A DNA stretch of 64,000 bases, from assembly GCA_027624915.1 (NCBI GenBank), contig JAQBTR010000003.1, forward strand, positions 5,627 through 69,626. The letters run 5' to 3'. This stretch comes from a bacterium. GTDB taxonomy: Bacteria > Patescibacteriota > Minisyncoccia > Ryanbacterales > GWA2-47-10b. Of this stretch, positions 1-8,102 are shown piece by piece. Below the pieces are notes generated by a model. It was not told where the DNA came from, ran no database searches, and worked only from the letters and a program-made list of their open reading frames with translations. A program made the position numbers and the translations under genes. Each line of letters starts with the position of its first letter. The first letter of the stretch is position 1.

Positions 1-107
1 ATGGAAAAGTGAAAGTAACTCGACTTGCACGAGGTATTTCAACCGGAACCGAGATGGAATTTGCAGATCCACAAACTCTCACCAACGCAATCAAGGATCG
101 TAAATAA
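1..107 (+). CDS. recR: Recombination protein RecR, C-terminal fragment. The gene starts upstream of the window, reads in frame 3 and stops at TAA 105-107.
   Basis: Frame-3 translation GKVKVTRLARGISTGTEMEFADPQTLTNAIKDRK* matches the conserved RecR C-terminus (..RLA.GIPVGGELEYAD..TL..A..R). The tool-listed ORF 25..219 is out of frame with it. Confidence 0.5.
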   Translation, partial: GKVKVTRLARGISTGTEMEFADPQTLTNAIKDRK

Positions 108-209
108 ATTACCAGCGCATATTGACATGATAGATTTATTATGCTACCATCTTTTTAAGTTTGGGAGCCTGAGTAGCAAACTAACCGTCAACCATTCAAA
201 GAAAGGAGT

Positions 210-470
210 ATGCACGTGAAGCTGAGCCTTACCTATAGCGCATACAAAGAAATGGAGCGAATACCTGGCCCACCCCTTCGTAAGATTGGCAAGAAAATCC
301 TTGCACTCGCCGAAGATCCAAGACCTCCCTGGAGCGCCGTACTCGAAGGTCAGGGTGGCTGTCTCTTCATTACTGAAAGCGACTGGTACATCCTTTACCA
401 CGTCGATGAGAACAATCGGTCACTCACAATCCTCGGCGTCGTGGATGGTCCAATCCAAACCCTCCACTAA
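210..470 (+). CDS. Type II toxin, RelE/ParE family.
   Basis: 86 aa. ALAEDPRPPWSAVLEGQGGCLFITESDWYILYHVDENNRSLTILGV matches the RelE/StbE pattern (..ENPRP.G..L.G..lyRlRvGdYRiiYeidden..v.vlrIGhR). AAAGGAG RBS sits about 5 nt upstream of the ATG. A TTGACA-17-TACCAT promoter-like site lies at 123-151. Confidence 0.6.
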   Translation: MHVKLSLTYSAYKEMERIPGPPLRKIGKKILALAEDPRPPWSAVLEGQGGCLFITESDWYILYHVDENNRSLTILGVVDGPIQTLH

Positions 471-529
471 CCCCCGCCTAGTACGCCCACAGAGTGGAAC
501 GGCGGGATTTTTTATCAAAAAAGCCCACC

Positions 530-754
530 TTAGTCGGTGAGCTCGGCATGCCATGCGACATGATAGAGTGTTTCCTTTTTTCGAATTTTAACCCGAAGTG
601 TGAGGCCTGTACATGCAACAGCCCCGGCCTCGATAAACTCTAGTACTTCTCTATGTATGCGTTGGAATTCTGCAGTCGAAAGACCTCGTCCGGCCTCTTT
701 TGAGCCGTCATCTGAATGTACACAGGCTTCAAGAGTAAGCTTTTTAAGCTGCAT
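530..754 (-). CDS. Hypothetical 74-aa protein; a possible antitoxin-like partner, unverified.
   Basis: ORF convergent to the toxin gene. No confident motif. Confidence 0.25.
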   Translation of the reverse strand: MQLKKLTLEACVHSDDGSKEAGRGLSTAEFQRIHREVLEFIEAGAVACTGLTLRVKIRKKETLYHVAWHAELTD

Positions 755-844
755 ATTATCCTCTACAAGATACTACGTTGTACACTAGCACAAAGTTTTT
801 ACTAATGATAAGCTGATATCTGACCTGTTCCAACGAGGTGCAAG

Positions 845-1126
845 ATGGCAGATGTAGTATATGAGAAGTTTGCTGAGGACGAATATGATCATCGCGAACT
901 TACCGTAAGTGATAGATGCGCCATCGACACCATACTACACATGCTTGCAACAGATGCAATGCCAGACCCTGATCCAGACACTGGATTCAAAGGTGCACGA
1001 ATAGCAAACCCAGGGGGTTGCTACAGAGTAGAACATGCAGGGTGGGGGGTGTTGTACGACGTAAGTAACGACCAACAGAGTGTGCGAATTCTAAGCTATA
1101 TGCCGGAAGGTACGAGCATTCACTAA
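845..1126 (+). CDS. RelE/ParE-like toxin family protein, second copy.
   Basis: The C-terminus GARIANPGGCYRVEHAGWGVLYDVSNDQQSVRILSY fits the RelE/ParE core (..yR.r.g.yRviY.v.....v.il.i). A terminator hairpin follows. Confidence 0.45.
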   Translation: MADVVYEKFAEDEYDHRELTVSDRCAIDTILHMLATDAMPDPDPDTGFKGARIANPGGCYRVEHAGWGVLYDVSNDQQSVRILSYMPEGTSIH

Positions 1127-1135
1127 AGAAAACCC

Positions 1136-1161
1136 CCTCGGAAGAATTCCGAGGCTTTTTT
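1136..1161. terminator. Rho-independent terminator, bidirectional.
   Basis: CCTCGGAA-gaa-TTCCGAGG hairpin followed by CTTTTTT. An A-run lies on the left flank for the convergent minus-strand gene. Confidence 0.6.
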
Positions 1162-1528
1162 AATCCAAATGACTGTCACCTAGGCGTCTCCCAGTAACTC
1201 GTCCTTTTGGTTTTTCCAAACTGCTTCGTTTGAATTGTATTGTAAACTCGACAGCGACAGACATGTCTTCGACATTGCACTCTACACTCAGCTCTGGATA
1301 ACCCTTGAGTATAATATGTATCGTACGCCGTAGGCTGCTAAGATCTCCCCTACTGAGCGGATTTAAATGATATTCACGGCACTTCACCAGTATCCTTGGT
1401 GGCTTTTTGCGAACTTGAGTGCTAACCTTATAAACCTTTCGCTTCCGTGCGAATGCCTGATCAATTTCACCCGCGACACAAGTTAGAAACTTGTGCTTGT
1501 CATCGGCAGATCTAAGTTTTTTTGTCAT
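1160..1528 (-). CDS. Hypothetical basic protein, 122 aa.
   Basis: ORF only. Lys/Arg-rich. Confidence 0.3.
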   Translation of the reverse strand: MTKKLRSADDKHKFLTCVAGEIDQAFARKRKVYKVSTQVRKKPPRILVKCREYHLNPLSRGDLSSLRRTIHIILKGYPELSVECNVEDMSVAVEFTIQFKRSSLEKPKGRVTGRRLGDSHLD

Positions 1529-1617
1529 ACCTCATCCTCTCTTGATGTCCAAGGCCTATAGTGCCACATATATTTGAGTCTGTACAGACGCGATATATTA
1601 TGTAAACTATAATCAGA

Positions 1618-1941
1618 ATGTGGAGGGGTAGTATGGAAGAGGTGTCACCAACTCTATCGACGGCGGATGCTATCGCTCGGGAAATTGACGAACTTCTCCC
1701 TGATGCGCTTGCTGAAGCATTAGGAGAAGCAGTTGTCGCGCTCGACAACGATCCATATCCAGAAGGATGTTTTAACTTTCTCAACTGCTGTATGGCAGTT
1801 CGTGTATCCGAAGACATCCCCATGGAAGATGAACCAGGGGAGACTAAAGATATAGACTGGCTCGTCCTTTACGAACATACACATGAACATGGAGTAGTGA
1901 TTGTCGGAGTAGTCCCAGACAAACTCTATCTTGTTCAATAA
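1618..1941 (+). CDS. Hypothetical protein with a weak RelE/ParE-like C-terminus.
   Basis: DWLVLYEHTHEHGVVIVGVVPDKLY resembles the RelE/ParE beta-core. A terminator hairpin follows. Confidence 0.3.
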   Translation: MWRGSMEEVSPTLSTADAIAREIDELLPDALAEALGEAVVALDNDPYPEGCFNFLNCCMAVRVSEDIPMEDEPGETKDIDWLVLYEHTHEHGVVIVGVVPDKLYLVQ

Positions 1942-1948
1942 CCAAAAA

Positions 1949-1971
1949 CCGCCCTTAGGCGGCTTTTTTTA
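1949..1971. terminator. Rho-independent terminator, bidirectional; it also serves rplU.
   Basis: CCGCC-ctta-GGCGG followed by CTTTTTTT, with an A-run on the left. Confidence 0.6.
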
Positions 1972-2280
1972 TTTAATGGATTTGATTTCAATCTCTGTGT
2001 ATGGTTGTCGATGTCCCTGTCGGCGTCGGCGTCGTGTCTTTGATTGGTATCGCATGATAGCAATTTTTCGTGCTCGAGCCTGTTTTAAAACGGTAGCCTC
2101 AACCTTGGCTTTTTCCACGTATGGAGCACCAACTTTTGAAGTTTTTTCGTCTGCGATCAAAAGGACCTTATCAAAAATAATAGTATTCCCCTCCTCTAAA
2201 TCGGCAAGTTTTTCAACCCGAAGCTTAGCGCCGGGTTCTGCAATATACTGTTTTCCACCTGTTTCGATTACTGCAAACAT
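1969..2280 (-). CDS. rplU: 50S ribosomal protein L21.
   Basis: MFAVIETGGKQYIAEPG is the classic L21 N-terminus. 103 aa. Confidence 0.9.
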   Translation of the reverse strand: MFAVIETGGKQYIAEPGAKLRVEKLADLEEGNTIIFDKVLLIADEKTSKVGAPYVEKAKVEATVLKQARARKIAIMRYQSKTRRRRRQGHRQPYTEIEIKSIK

Positions 2281-2290
2281 GACCTAGATA

Positions 2291-3334
2291 TTAATCCAAG
2301 ATGTCGGGTTTGTCAAGGATTTCTGGCTCTACGTCCATCCCCTCACCACCGATTCTAACCATATCTTTGTCGATTTTTTTGAACTCCTTATATGCACTGT
2401 TATACATACTTACGCTGGTTCCCAAATTCTTCCCAAGACGTGCCATATAGTCCTCATAACTCATGAGGTGGCGTCTAAGGTCTTCAACTCGACCTCTGAT
2501 TTCCTTGGCTGACTCTTCAATTTGGAGAGCTCGAAGCCCTTGCAAAACGGTCTGCAAATATGCCAAAAATGATGTGGGCGAGACAATCATAACGTGCCGC
2601 TCTTTAAAGGCATACTCAATTAAATCACGCGTATGTACCTTGGCCGCCCCCACTTGGGCCACCAACAAATCATAATATATAGCCTCGTGAGGAATAAACA
2701 TAAAGGCAAAATCTAGAGTTCCCTCATCTGGTTTTATATATTTTGAAGTCTCATCAATACGAAGCTTGAGGTCAGATTTAAATGCCTTCTCTAGGCGCTC
2801 ACGTTCGGCCGAATCTCTCTCATCGACAAGCCTGTTGTAATTCTCAAGTGAAAATTTTGAGTCTATAGGAATAATCTTATCTTTCACGAACACAACAGCA
2901 TCCACGATAGTTCCATCTTTAAATGTATATTGCATCTGGTAGCTTCCTGGTGGCAGGACATTCTTGAGTAATGTCTCAAGATAATATTCACCCAATATTC
3001 CTCGTTGCTTAGGATTCTTTAAAATGTCCTGCAAACTCTTTAACTGATCTGTAAAATTAACAACTTGCCTATTAGTCTCATCGAGTTTTGTTAGTTTTTC
3101 TGTTACATCACTAATGATTTTTATGTGTTCTCCAAACTGCGAGTGAATCATTTTTGACGACTCACCCATTCTGGTGTCCATCATGCGTGCAATCTCATTA
3201 AGCTGATTTTGAAGCATCACAAAATCCTGACCTTGACCAGTATTTTGCCGGCGTGTCATTAATATATAAATAACACCTCCAAAGACACTAAGCCCCAAAA
3301 GTATAAAAATACCTATGATAAACCCTTGTAACAT
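2291..3334 (-). CDS. rmuC: DNA recombination protein RmuC.
   Basis: N-terminal transmembrane helix, then coiled coil, then the C-terminal region FMFIPHEAIYYDLL...VMIVSPTSFLAYLQTV typical of RmuC. Confidence 0.75.
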   Translation of the reverse strand: MLQGFIIGIFILLGLSVFGGVIYILMTRRQNTGQGQDFVMLQNQLNEIARMMDTRMGESSKMIHSQFGEHIKIISDVTEKLTKLDETNRQVVNFTDQLKSLQDILKNPKQRGILGEYYLETLLKNVLPPGSYQMQYTFKDGTIVDAVVFVKDKIIPIDSKFSLENYNRLVDERDSAERERLEKAFKSDLKLRIDETSKYIKPDEGTLDFAFMFIPHEAIYYDLLVAQVGAAKVHTRDLIEYAFKERHVMIVSPTSFLAYLQTVLQGLRALQIEESAKEIRGRVEDLRRHLMSYEDYMARLGKNLGTSVSMYNSAYKEFKKIDKDMVRIGGEGMDVEPEILDKPDILD

Positions 3335-3377
3335 TACTCTACTCTACCATATAAAAAGAGGCTCGAAAGCCCCTTCC

Positions 3378-3860
3378 TCACCCCTCATTGAAGGTGAAAA
3401 TCCCCTGCATAATGGTGTGTATCTCACCGAGTGCCGTCGTCATTTCTATTGCCATCTCGAGTACTTGTGTGGCTTCTCGGAGGGTCAACTCTACTCCACT
3501 CTCGGCAAATATACCAAAGTGTTGAGCAAAGGCAAGTATGCCATCCGAGTTTGTTTTCAACAACTCTGCCATAATCATGAACGAATGAATATCAATAATC
3601 AAAAGATCCGTACCTGGGTGCAAATAGTCCAATTGAGATTCATCGTTAGCATCAACAATAATATTCCCAACTTGAATAAATCGATTAACGGCAACAACAA
3701 AGAGGTTGAGTCCTTGAAATGCTTGCGCAAGGTTAGGGTCTCGTCCCCTACAATCGCGTACCATAACTTTGAGAGGTCCTTCGCAAAGCTCTTGGTAAAC
3801 GCCTGTAGCATGCGCGAGCAAGGACCCCATCTCGAGAAAACGTTCGCGAGAAGCAATCAT
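3378..3860 (-). CDS. Hypothetical protein. Start chosen at the internal ATG 3860; the ORF is open to 4052.
   Basis: The full ORF overlaps the upstream gene by 152 nt. The internal ATG at 3860 is preceded by AAGAGGAGG. Confidence 0.35.
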   Translation of the reverse strand: MIASRERFLEMGSLLAHATGVYQELCEGPLKVMVRDCRGRDPNLAQAFQGLNLFVVAVNRFIQVGNIIVDANDESQLDYLHPGTDLLIIDIHSFMIMAELLKTNSDGILAFAQHFGIFAESGVELTLREATQVLEMAIEMTTALGEIHTIMQGIFTFNEG

Positions 3861-3900
3861 GCACGCCTCCTCTTCTAAATATAAGAGTAACAAAAATGCC

Positions 3901-4392
3901 CTAGCTGTTGCTAGAGCCGTTCGCACTGTCTGGTCTATTGGCCACATAAAGCGCATGGTAGAGCTCTGAAATTGTGCACACACCCTTACTTGTTTCATGT
4001 GCCTGAAGCGCCGTTGCATCAAAGTCGAGCTCTCCTTTTTGAAAGGCAACAAACGCTTGCCCCGTCTTGAGAAGTGCTCTCAATGTTGCTTCTTCTAGTA
4101 AGACAACTTCATCGAATGTCTCACTATCAAAATAGAGGGGTTGGTCTCGTGCGATTAAAAGCAATGCTCCGTCCCCACTCTTACCAAGTTCAACAGTAAG
4201 AAATTTGAGTCCGCCAAGGTAGCGATACACGAGAGCTATTTCGTTTGCAATATGCTCAATTAAGCTTGATTCTTTTGATGTTCCTTTTAGTTTTGGAACG
4301 TGGCTCAACTCATGAATAAGTAATTCTGTATGTTCATTCACCTGTGTAACTAACTTATGCATCAAAAGAAATGTAGTAAGTGAGACCTTCAT
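3901..4392 (-). CDS. Hypothetical protein carrying an HExxH motif (HELSH); possibly a metallopeptidase-like regulator.
   Basis: HELSH resembles ImmA/IrrE-type HExxH sites. This is weak. Confidence 0.3.
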   Translation of the reverse strand: MKVSLTTFLLMHKLVTQVNEHTELLIHELSHVPKLKGTSKESSLIEHIANEIALVYRYLGGLKFLTVELGKSGDGALLLIARDQPLYFDSETFDEVVLLEEATLRALLKTGQAFVAFQKGELDFDATALQAHETSKGVCTISELYHALYVANRPDSANGSSNS

Positions 4393-4451
4393 GCTCCCCT
4401 CCTTTCATCTATACAGATAAATAACACAAAACCCTTGTTGGTACAAGGGTT

Positions 4452-4835
4452 TTATTTTAGGATATTTACAATTTTTACTGTCAGGTCTTTGAGTGATGTA
4501 TTGGATTTTATCAGGTAGTCCTTTGCACCAAGTTTTAATGTTCTGTGTATCTCATCCTGATCTTCACTCAAATTAGTCAAAACGATTACTGGTATGCTCT
4601 TCCACCTATCATCCTTATTTAAAACCTCAAGCATTTCAGTTCCAGTCATCTCATGCATCATTATGTCCAAAATAATAAGATCTATGTCATTGGCTCCCGC
4701 CAACTTCTCAAGACCTTCCTTTCCATTTTCAGCACTAATAACATCGGCTCCCTCTTCGGTAAACCATTCTTTGTAGGTCTTTTGGAGAATCATATCATCC
4801 TCAACAACCAATATCTTTTTTCCTTTTAGACTCAT
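4452..4835 (-). CDS. Response regulator, single receiver domain (CheY-like).
   Basis: KKILVVEDD...LDIMMHEMTG...KLGAKDYLIK. The phospho-acceptor Asp and the conserved Lys are in place. No output domain is present. Confidence 0.8.
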   Translation of the reverse strand: MSLKGKKILVVEDDMILQKTYKEWFTEEGADVISAENGKEGLEKLAGANDIDLIILDIMMHEMTGTEMLEVLNKDDRWKSIPVIVLTNLSEDQDEIHRTLKLGAKDYLIKSNTSLKDLTVKIVNILK

Positions 4836-4885
4836 ATATGTATAGTAGACTCGTTTTTTATCAAAATCAAATATGTATTACTACC

Positions 4886-4915
4886 TAAAAACACGCGCCC
4901 CGGCGCGTGTTTTTG
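4886..4915. terminator. Rho-independent terminator for minus-strand gene 4916..5170.
   Basis: ACACGCGCC/GGCGCGTGT hairpin, with an A-run on the left and a T-run on the right. Confidence 0.55.
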
Positions 4916-5170
4916 TTAAGAATTTATCATATTAGATGGGAGCCAGTCCATAAGCTGTTTTCTATGCTTACTTGTTGACCACAAATCACCTCCATCTTTA
5001 AACAAATTAGGATGTGATGCCTTAAACTTGTTTAATATGATTGTCGATGCTTGAGGAAAACTGTCAGGGATGCTCTGATTGTAGAGTTCCATAAAAATCG
5101 GCAATGTTGTATAAACAAGACTCTCTTCATATTCAACATTTTTGCTGTGTGCCATGCCATAATGTAACAC
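4916..5170 (-). CDS. Hypothetical protein.
   Basis: ORF only. Confidence 0.3.
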   Translation of the reverse strand: MLHYGMAHSKNVEYEESLVYTTLPIFMELYNQSIPDSFPQASTIILNKFKASHPNLFKDGGDLWSTSKHRKQLMDWLPSNMINS

Positions 5171-5199
5171 AAAAAGGGTAAAAAATCAACTAAGAAGAA

Positions 5200-5394
5200 T
5201 TATCTATAATATTTAAAAAGCGCTTCTATGCCAGCTTTATTTTGACTCCACTCAATCGTCTCGTGAGTTTTGAGCTCCACCGTAATCGCTGGAATATTGA
5301 TTGAAGCAAGCCATCCCTCTGCATCCCCCGTTATCTCATATGCATCAAATTGACAAAAAAGGACGCGCTCATGCGTCAAAAAAGCTCGCTTCAA
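5200..5394 (-). CDS. Hypothetical small protein.
   Basis: ORF only. Confidence 0.25.
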   Translation of the reverse strand: MKRAFLTHERVLFCQFDAYEITGDAEGWLASINIPAITVELKTHETIEWSQNKAGIEALFKYYR

Positions 5395-5429
5395 GCAAAA
5401 TCTTCATCTGCTCGAGCTGAGAGAAAGAA

Positions 5430-5680
5430 TTGGGTCGAACCCCTGCGGAAGTGGATTTTGGATTCAAAACGCGCGGGGTTTCTGGCAACCAGTGAAAATC
5501 TCCACGAGATGCGAGATTTTCTGCGTTCCTTCGGAACGAACCCCGCGCTCCAAGACAAAACTATTTCGATCTCATTTTGCCCGCCCTCCGAATTCGCCCG
5601 CGCCCGCAAGACGGATTTCATTCCCTCGCCATACAGCGCGCCTTCGGCGCGCCCAGATTTTGCGCTTACTTCCGACCAAG
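5430..5680 (+). ncRNA. Unidentified structured RNA candidate, about 250 nt and GC-rich. The strand is uncertain.
   Basis: A GC-rich island sits in an AT-rich genome. Closing helix: TTGGGTCG/CGGAAGT at 5430-5452 pairs with ACTTCCGACCAAG at 5668-5680. A perfect 10-bp helix GCGCGGGGTT/AACCCCGCGC encloses three hairpins. Two UUCG tetraloop hairpins read correctly on the plus strand (CGTTCC-TTCG-GAACG and GCGCGCC-TTCG-GCGCGC). The overlapping ORFs are most likely spurious. Confidence 0.4.
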
Positions 5681-5690
5681 TTTCTGAATG

Positions 5691-5762
5691 TGACCCTATG
5701 GGGAATCGAACCCCAGTTTCATCCGTGAGAGGGACGTGTCCTAGCCGCTAGACGATAGGGCC
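5691..5762 (-). tRNA. tRNA-Glu, anticodon CUC.
   Basis: The reverse complement GGCCCTATCGTCTAGCGGCTAGGACACGTCCCTCTCACGGATGAAACTGGGGTTCGATTCCCCATAGGGTCA folds as a cloverleaf. It has a 7-bp acceptor stem, a D-arm, an anticodon loop CTCTCAC and a T-arm GGGG-TTCGATT-CCCC. No CCA is encoded. Confidence 0.85.
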
Positions 5763-5895
5763 AAATTGGCTATTTATCTTTATACAATACAGCTCCCTGT
5801 TTCAACCGAAGTTAAGTCATGTTCATATTGTACGCACTAATATACCACAAAATCATTACCTATGCTAGTATTCTCCCAGACCAAAGGAGCTAACA

Positions 5896-6258
5896 GTGTC
5901 GGGTCAAACTCAAAAAACTCATGGGATAACTGACTATCTTTCCCACAAAGCTGATATCGTTTTGGGGCGTCACAGAGGTATGCGTGGCCCTGAAATAGAC
6001 CGACAAGAAATTGAAACATTTATTGCACAGCGCCTTGGCTCTACACCATTTATGATTAGCGATAAAACGGTTCTCTATATTCATGGCGATATCGTACGAG
6101 AGCCTGTACTCATTATTAGCACCTTCAAACCAGACACCATGGCCGACAGCTCATGGATGAAGATCCTACAGACACTTATCTATGATCTCAAAAAGGAATT
6201 CGAGCAGGAAGAGATCCATCTCGAACGCACCCCCACCCACCGCACCATCTACTTCTAA
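5896..6258 (+). CDS. Hypothetical protein with a GTG start.
   Basis: An AAAGGAG RBS lies 9 nt upstream of GTG. 120 aa. Confidence 0.4.
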   Translation: MSGQTQKTHGITDYLSHKADIVLGRHRGMRGPEIDRQEIETFIAQRLGSTPFMISDKTVLYIHGDIVREPVLIISTFKPDTMADSSWMKILQTLIYDLKKEFEQEEIHLERTPTHRTIYF

Positions 6259-6326
6259 GGTGCGGCTTTTTTAATTTTAAATAACTAACCCTATATTTAC
6301 CGGATACCCCTCCCCCAACCAATCTA

Positions 6327-6365
6327 AACAACACCCCAACAAACTTGAGAATGTTGGGGTGTTGT
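6327..6365. repeat. 39-bp hairpin element, copy 1.
   Basis: AACAACACCCCAACAAACTTGAGAATGTTGGGGTGTTGT forms a 13-bp stem with a 10-nt loop. It is identical to 7241..7279. Confidence 0.7.
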
Positions 6366-6457
6366 GGTTTAAAAGATTATCAAAAAACCGCATACATTAT
6401 CGAACATATGCGGTAGGTTACAGCTGAACTACGAACTTAGTTGCCTTACTTGCTACC

Positions 6458-6706
6458 TCACTTTGAGATTTTCATGAGGCGATTACCATCAGCCCCACAC
6501 TCTATCCAATATAGGGTATCGTTATTGATGATCACTTCTTGATGATCTGATGTTTCAACAAATAGAAATGGTTCATTCCCATTGATTGGCATTCGCATGA
6601 TACCATCGGGCTGATGCCAATACAGATGAGAGTCATTGTGTACAATATGGTTTGGAGTAGCAAGACCCTCCACGACCTTACTGACAACACCACCGATTGT
6701 AGGCAA
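6458..6706 (-). CDS. Hypothetical small protein, 82 aa.
   Basis: Plausible beta-rich composition. The overlapping 182-aa ORF at 6532..7080 is antisense to a better gene and was rejected. Confidence 0.3.
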   Translation of the reverse strand: MPTIGGVVSKVVEGLATPNHIVHNDSHLYWHQPDGIMRMPINGNEPFLFVETSDHQEVIINNDTLYWIECGADGNRLMKISK

Positions 6707-6859
6707 AGAATAGTACAGTCATTGCAATCGGCATTAAGTTGGAACTCAACAGCTGCCTCAGGCACATCAATTAACCTACCCACCGCTCTGCACGCTATAT
6801 ACCTATGCGTATTTGTGCTGTAGGCATATACTTGAGTATATAAGCTAAAAATCAAAGTT

Positions 6860-7135
6860 ATGGAAAATAAAAAAGCAATTGCACTTTTGGTCGTAGCAGC
6901 GGGATTCTTAGTATACCCACTTAGCATACTCCTGCCGTACGGGCATGGATTTGCACCATCGTCTCTACCAAATTCTGTACGAGTAATCGCATTATATCTC
7001 CCAGAAATCCTATCTATAGCAGCAATTATCCTATCTGGAATGGTTGTCATGAAGTCCCAAAACAAAGTCTTGAGAGTCATTGGTGTACTCCTCGCTCTAT
7101 TGGCTATCTGGCCAATCTACTCGCTCAATTTCTAA
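6860..7135 (+). CDS. Small membrane protein with 3 predicted transmembrane helices.
   Basis: Hydrophobic helices. A terminator follows. Confidence 0.4.
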   Translation: MENKKAIALLVVAAGFLVYPLSILLPYGHGFAPSSLPNSVRVIALYLPEILSIAAIILSGMVVMKSQNKVLRVIGVLLALLAIWPIYSLNF

Positions 7136-7193
7136 GCTCCGTTTTCAACGAAGTCTAGAATAGAATAAGCATAAAAATCTACAAAAGTCAATC

Positions 7194-7221
7194 AAAAAAA
7201 CCGCGCATCGCGCGGGTTTTT
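7194..7221. terminator. Rho-independent terminator.
   Basis: AAAAAAACCGCGC-atcg-CGCGGG followed by TTTTT. Confidence 0.6.
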
Positions 7222-7240
7222 CAATCAATACTTTTTACCC

Positions 7241-7279
7241 AACAACACCCCAACAAACTTGAGAATGTTGGGGTGTTGT
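7241..7279. repeat. 39-bp hairpin element, copy 2.
   Basis: Exact copy of 6327..6365. Confidence 0.7.
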
Positions 7280-7380
7280 TATCTTTTCTGAAATGATTCA
7301 AGAAATCTAACAAAAGTTTTACCGTATGGCGTTTAAAAATAAAAAACCATAGCGCCTACTTCTAGGTAGGTGGTTTTTTA

Positions 7381-7710
7381 TTACAATCTTAGAAAAGCTC
7401 CGAAGAGAGCAACTTTGATAACAAGAGTAATTATTGGGGAAACAAGAGCGATGTTAATTATGTAAAGAGGTAGAAGAGAGCTATTGCTTACCAGCGCATG
7501 AGTGTTCTTCTTCCTAGCTATCACAAGTAGAGTGTATAGATAAAAAGCAATGGCAACCGAACTCCACAAAATAGATAATGATGGTTCTTTTATATCGTCT
7601 ATTATTTCAAGATAACTACTCGTTAATGTAAAGTCCCACTGCCCAAAACTATACAAGTTAATAAACAAAAGAATCGCCAGGATTATTAGGTGAAATTTTT
7701 TACCTTCCAT
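7381..7710 (-). CDS. Membrane protein with 3-4 transmembrane helices.
   Basis: Hydrophobic ORF. A weak terminator hairpin lies at 7355-7379. Confidence 0.4.
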   Translation of the reverse strand: MEGKKFHLIILAILLFINLYSFGQWDFTLTSSYLEIIDDIKEPSLSILWSSVAIAFYLYTLLVIARKKNTHALVSNSSLLPLYIINIALVSPIITLVIKVALFGAFLRL

Positions 7711-7729
7711 GACTTAAATATGCTGAGGA

Positions 7730-7987
7730 CTATACCCCCAAAGATTTGAGGACTTCGTAGACGAGAAAGGCTGGCCATACAAGAGCTTTCAGAAAGCCGA
7801 CGGCACCTGCTGCTAATCCAGTCGTAGTAGTTATGTAATAATATGCAGCCCCAAAAAAACCGAATGCATAAAGACCGCCACCTCCACCACAGCCACCGTG
7901 CTTCCATTTTTTTGACCCGCACTTACATCCCATACCACACGTCTTTTTTTCACTTGTTTCGTTTTCCATGACTTTAGTATACGACAT
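7730..7987 (-). CDS. Small Cys/Gly-rich membrane protein. Start chosen at the internal Met; the ORF is open to 8161.
   Basis: MSYTKV...CGMGCKCGSKKWKHGGCGGGGGLYAFGFFGAAYYYI with a C-terminal transmembrane helix. A longer start would overlap the upstream gene. Confidence 0.35.
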   Translation of the reverse strand: MSYTKVMENETSEKKTCGMGCKCGSKKWKHGGCGGGGGLYAFGFFGAAYYYITTTTGLAAGAVGFLKALVWPAFLVYEVLKSLGV

Positions 7988-8102
7988 TGTTGTCCTACGA
8001 ACGATAGTGAGCAGCTGACAACAAGGAGTGCCCTTGTGGTGTGACCTAATTTTTAATGACCTGGGGTCATATAAAAATGGAAATACTCCTGTGGTGCAAA
8101 AA

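Noticed and set aside
25-219. 64-aa plus-strand ORF listed by the ORF tool.
   Set aside because: It is out of frame with, and overlaps, the much better supported recR C-terminal reading frame. It also spans the promoter and RBS of the RelE-like gene, and its composition is not protein-like.
144-401. 85-aa minus-strand ORF antisense to the RelE-like toxin.
   Set aside because: It has no recognisable motif, whereas the plus-strand frame has a clear RelE/ParE signature, RBS and promoter. Only one of the two can be real.
3861-4052. Upstream 64-codon extension of gene 3378..4052.
   Set aside because: It would overlap the preceding gene by 152 nt. An internal ATG with an adjacent AAGAGGAGG RBS gives a non-overlapping start.
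5430-5690. Assigning the structured RNA to tmRNA, RNase P RNA or SRP RNA.
   Set aside because: No GGAAAGUCCGGGC (P4) box, no tRNA-like 3' end with ...CCACCA or resume-codon tag ORF, and no SRP domain-IV GGAA/AGCA loop were visible by eye. Identity is left open.
5350-5751. 133-aa plus ORF and the nested ORFs 5391..5621 (-) and 5492..5728 (+).
   Set aside because: They overlap the tRNA-Glu gene and the GC-rich helical region. Their translations are low-complexity and Arg/Ser/Pro-rich, typical of spurious frames through structured RNA.
6532-7080. 182-aa minus-strand ORF.
   Set aside because: It is antisense to a convincing small membrane-protein gene (6860..7135). It has an odd, Cys- and Ile-rich composition and overlaps the 82-aa ORF in another frame.
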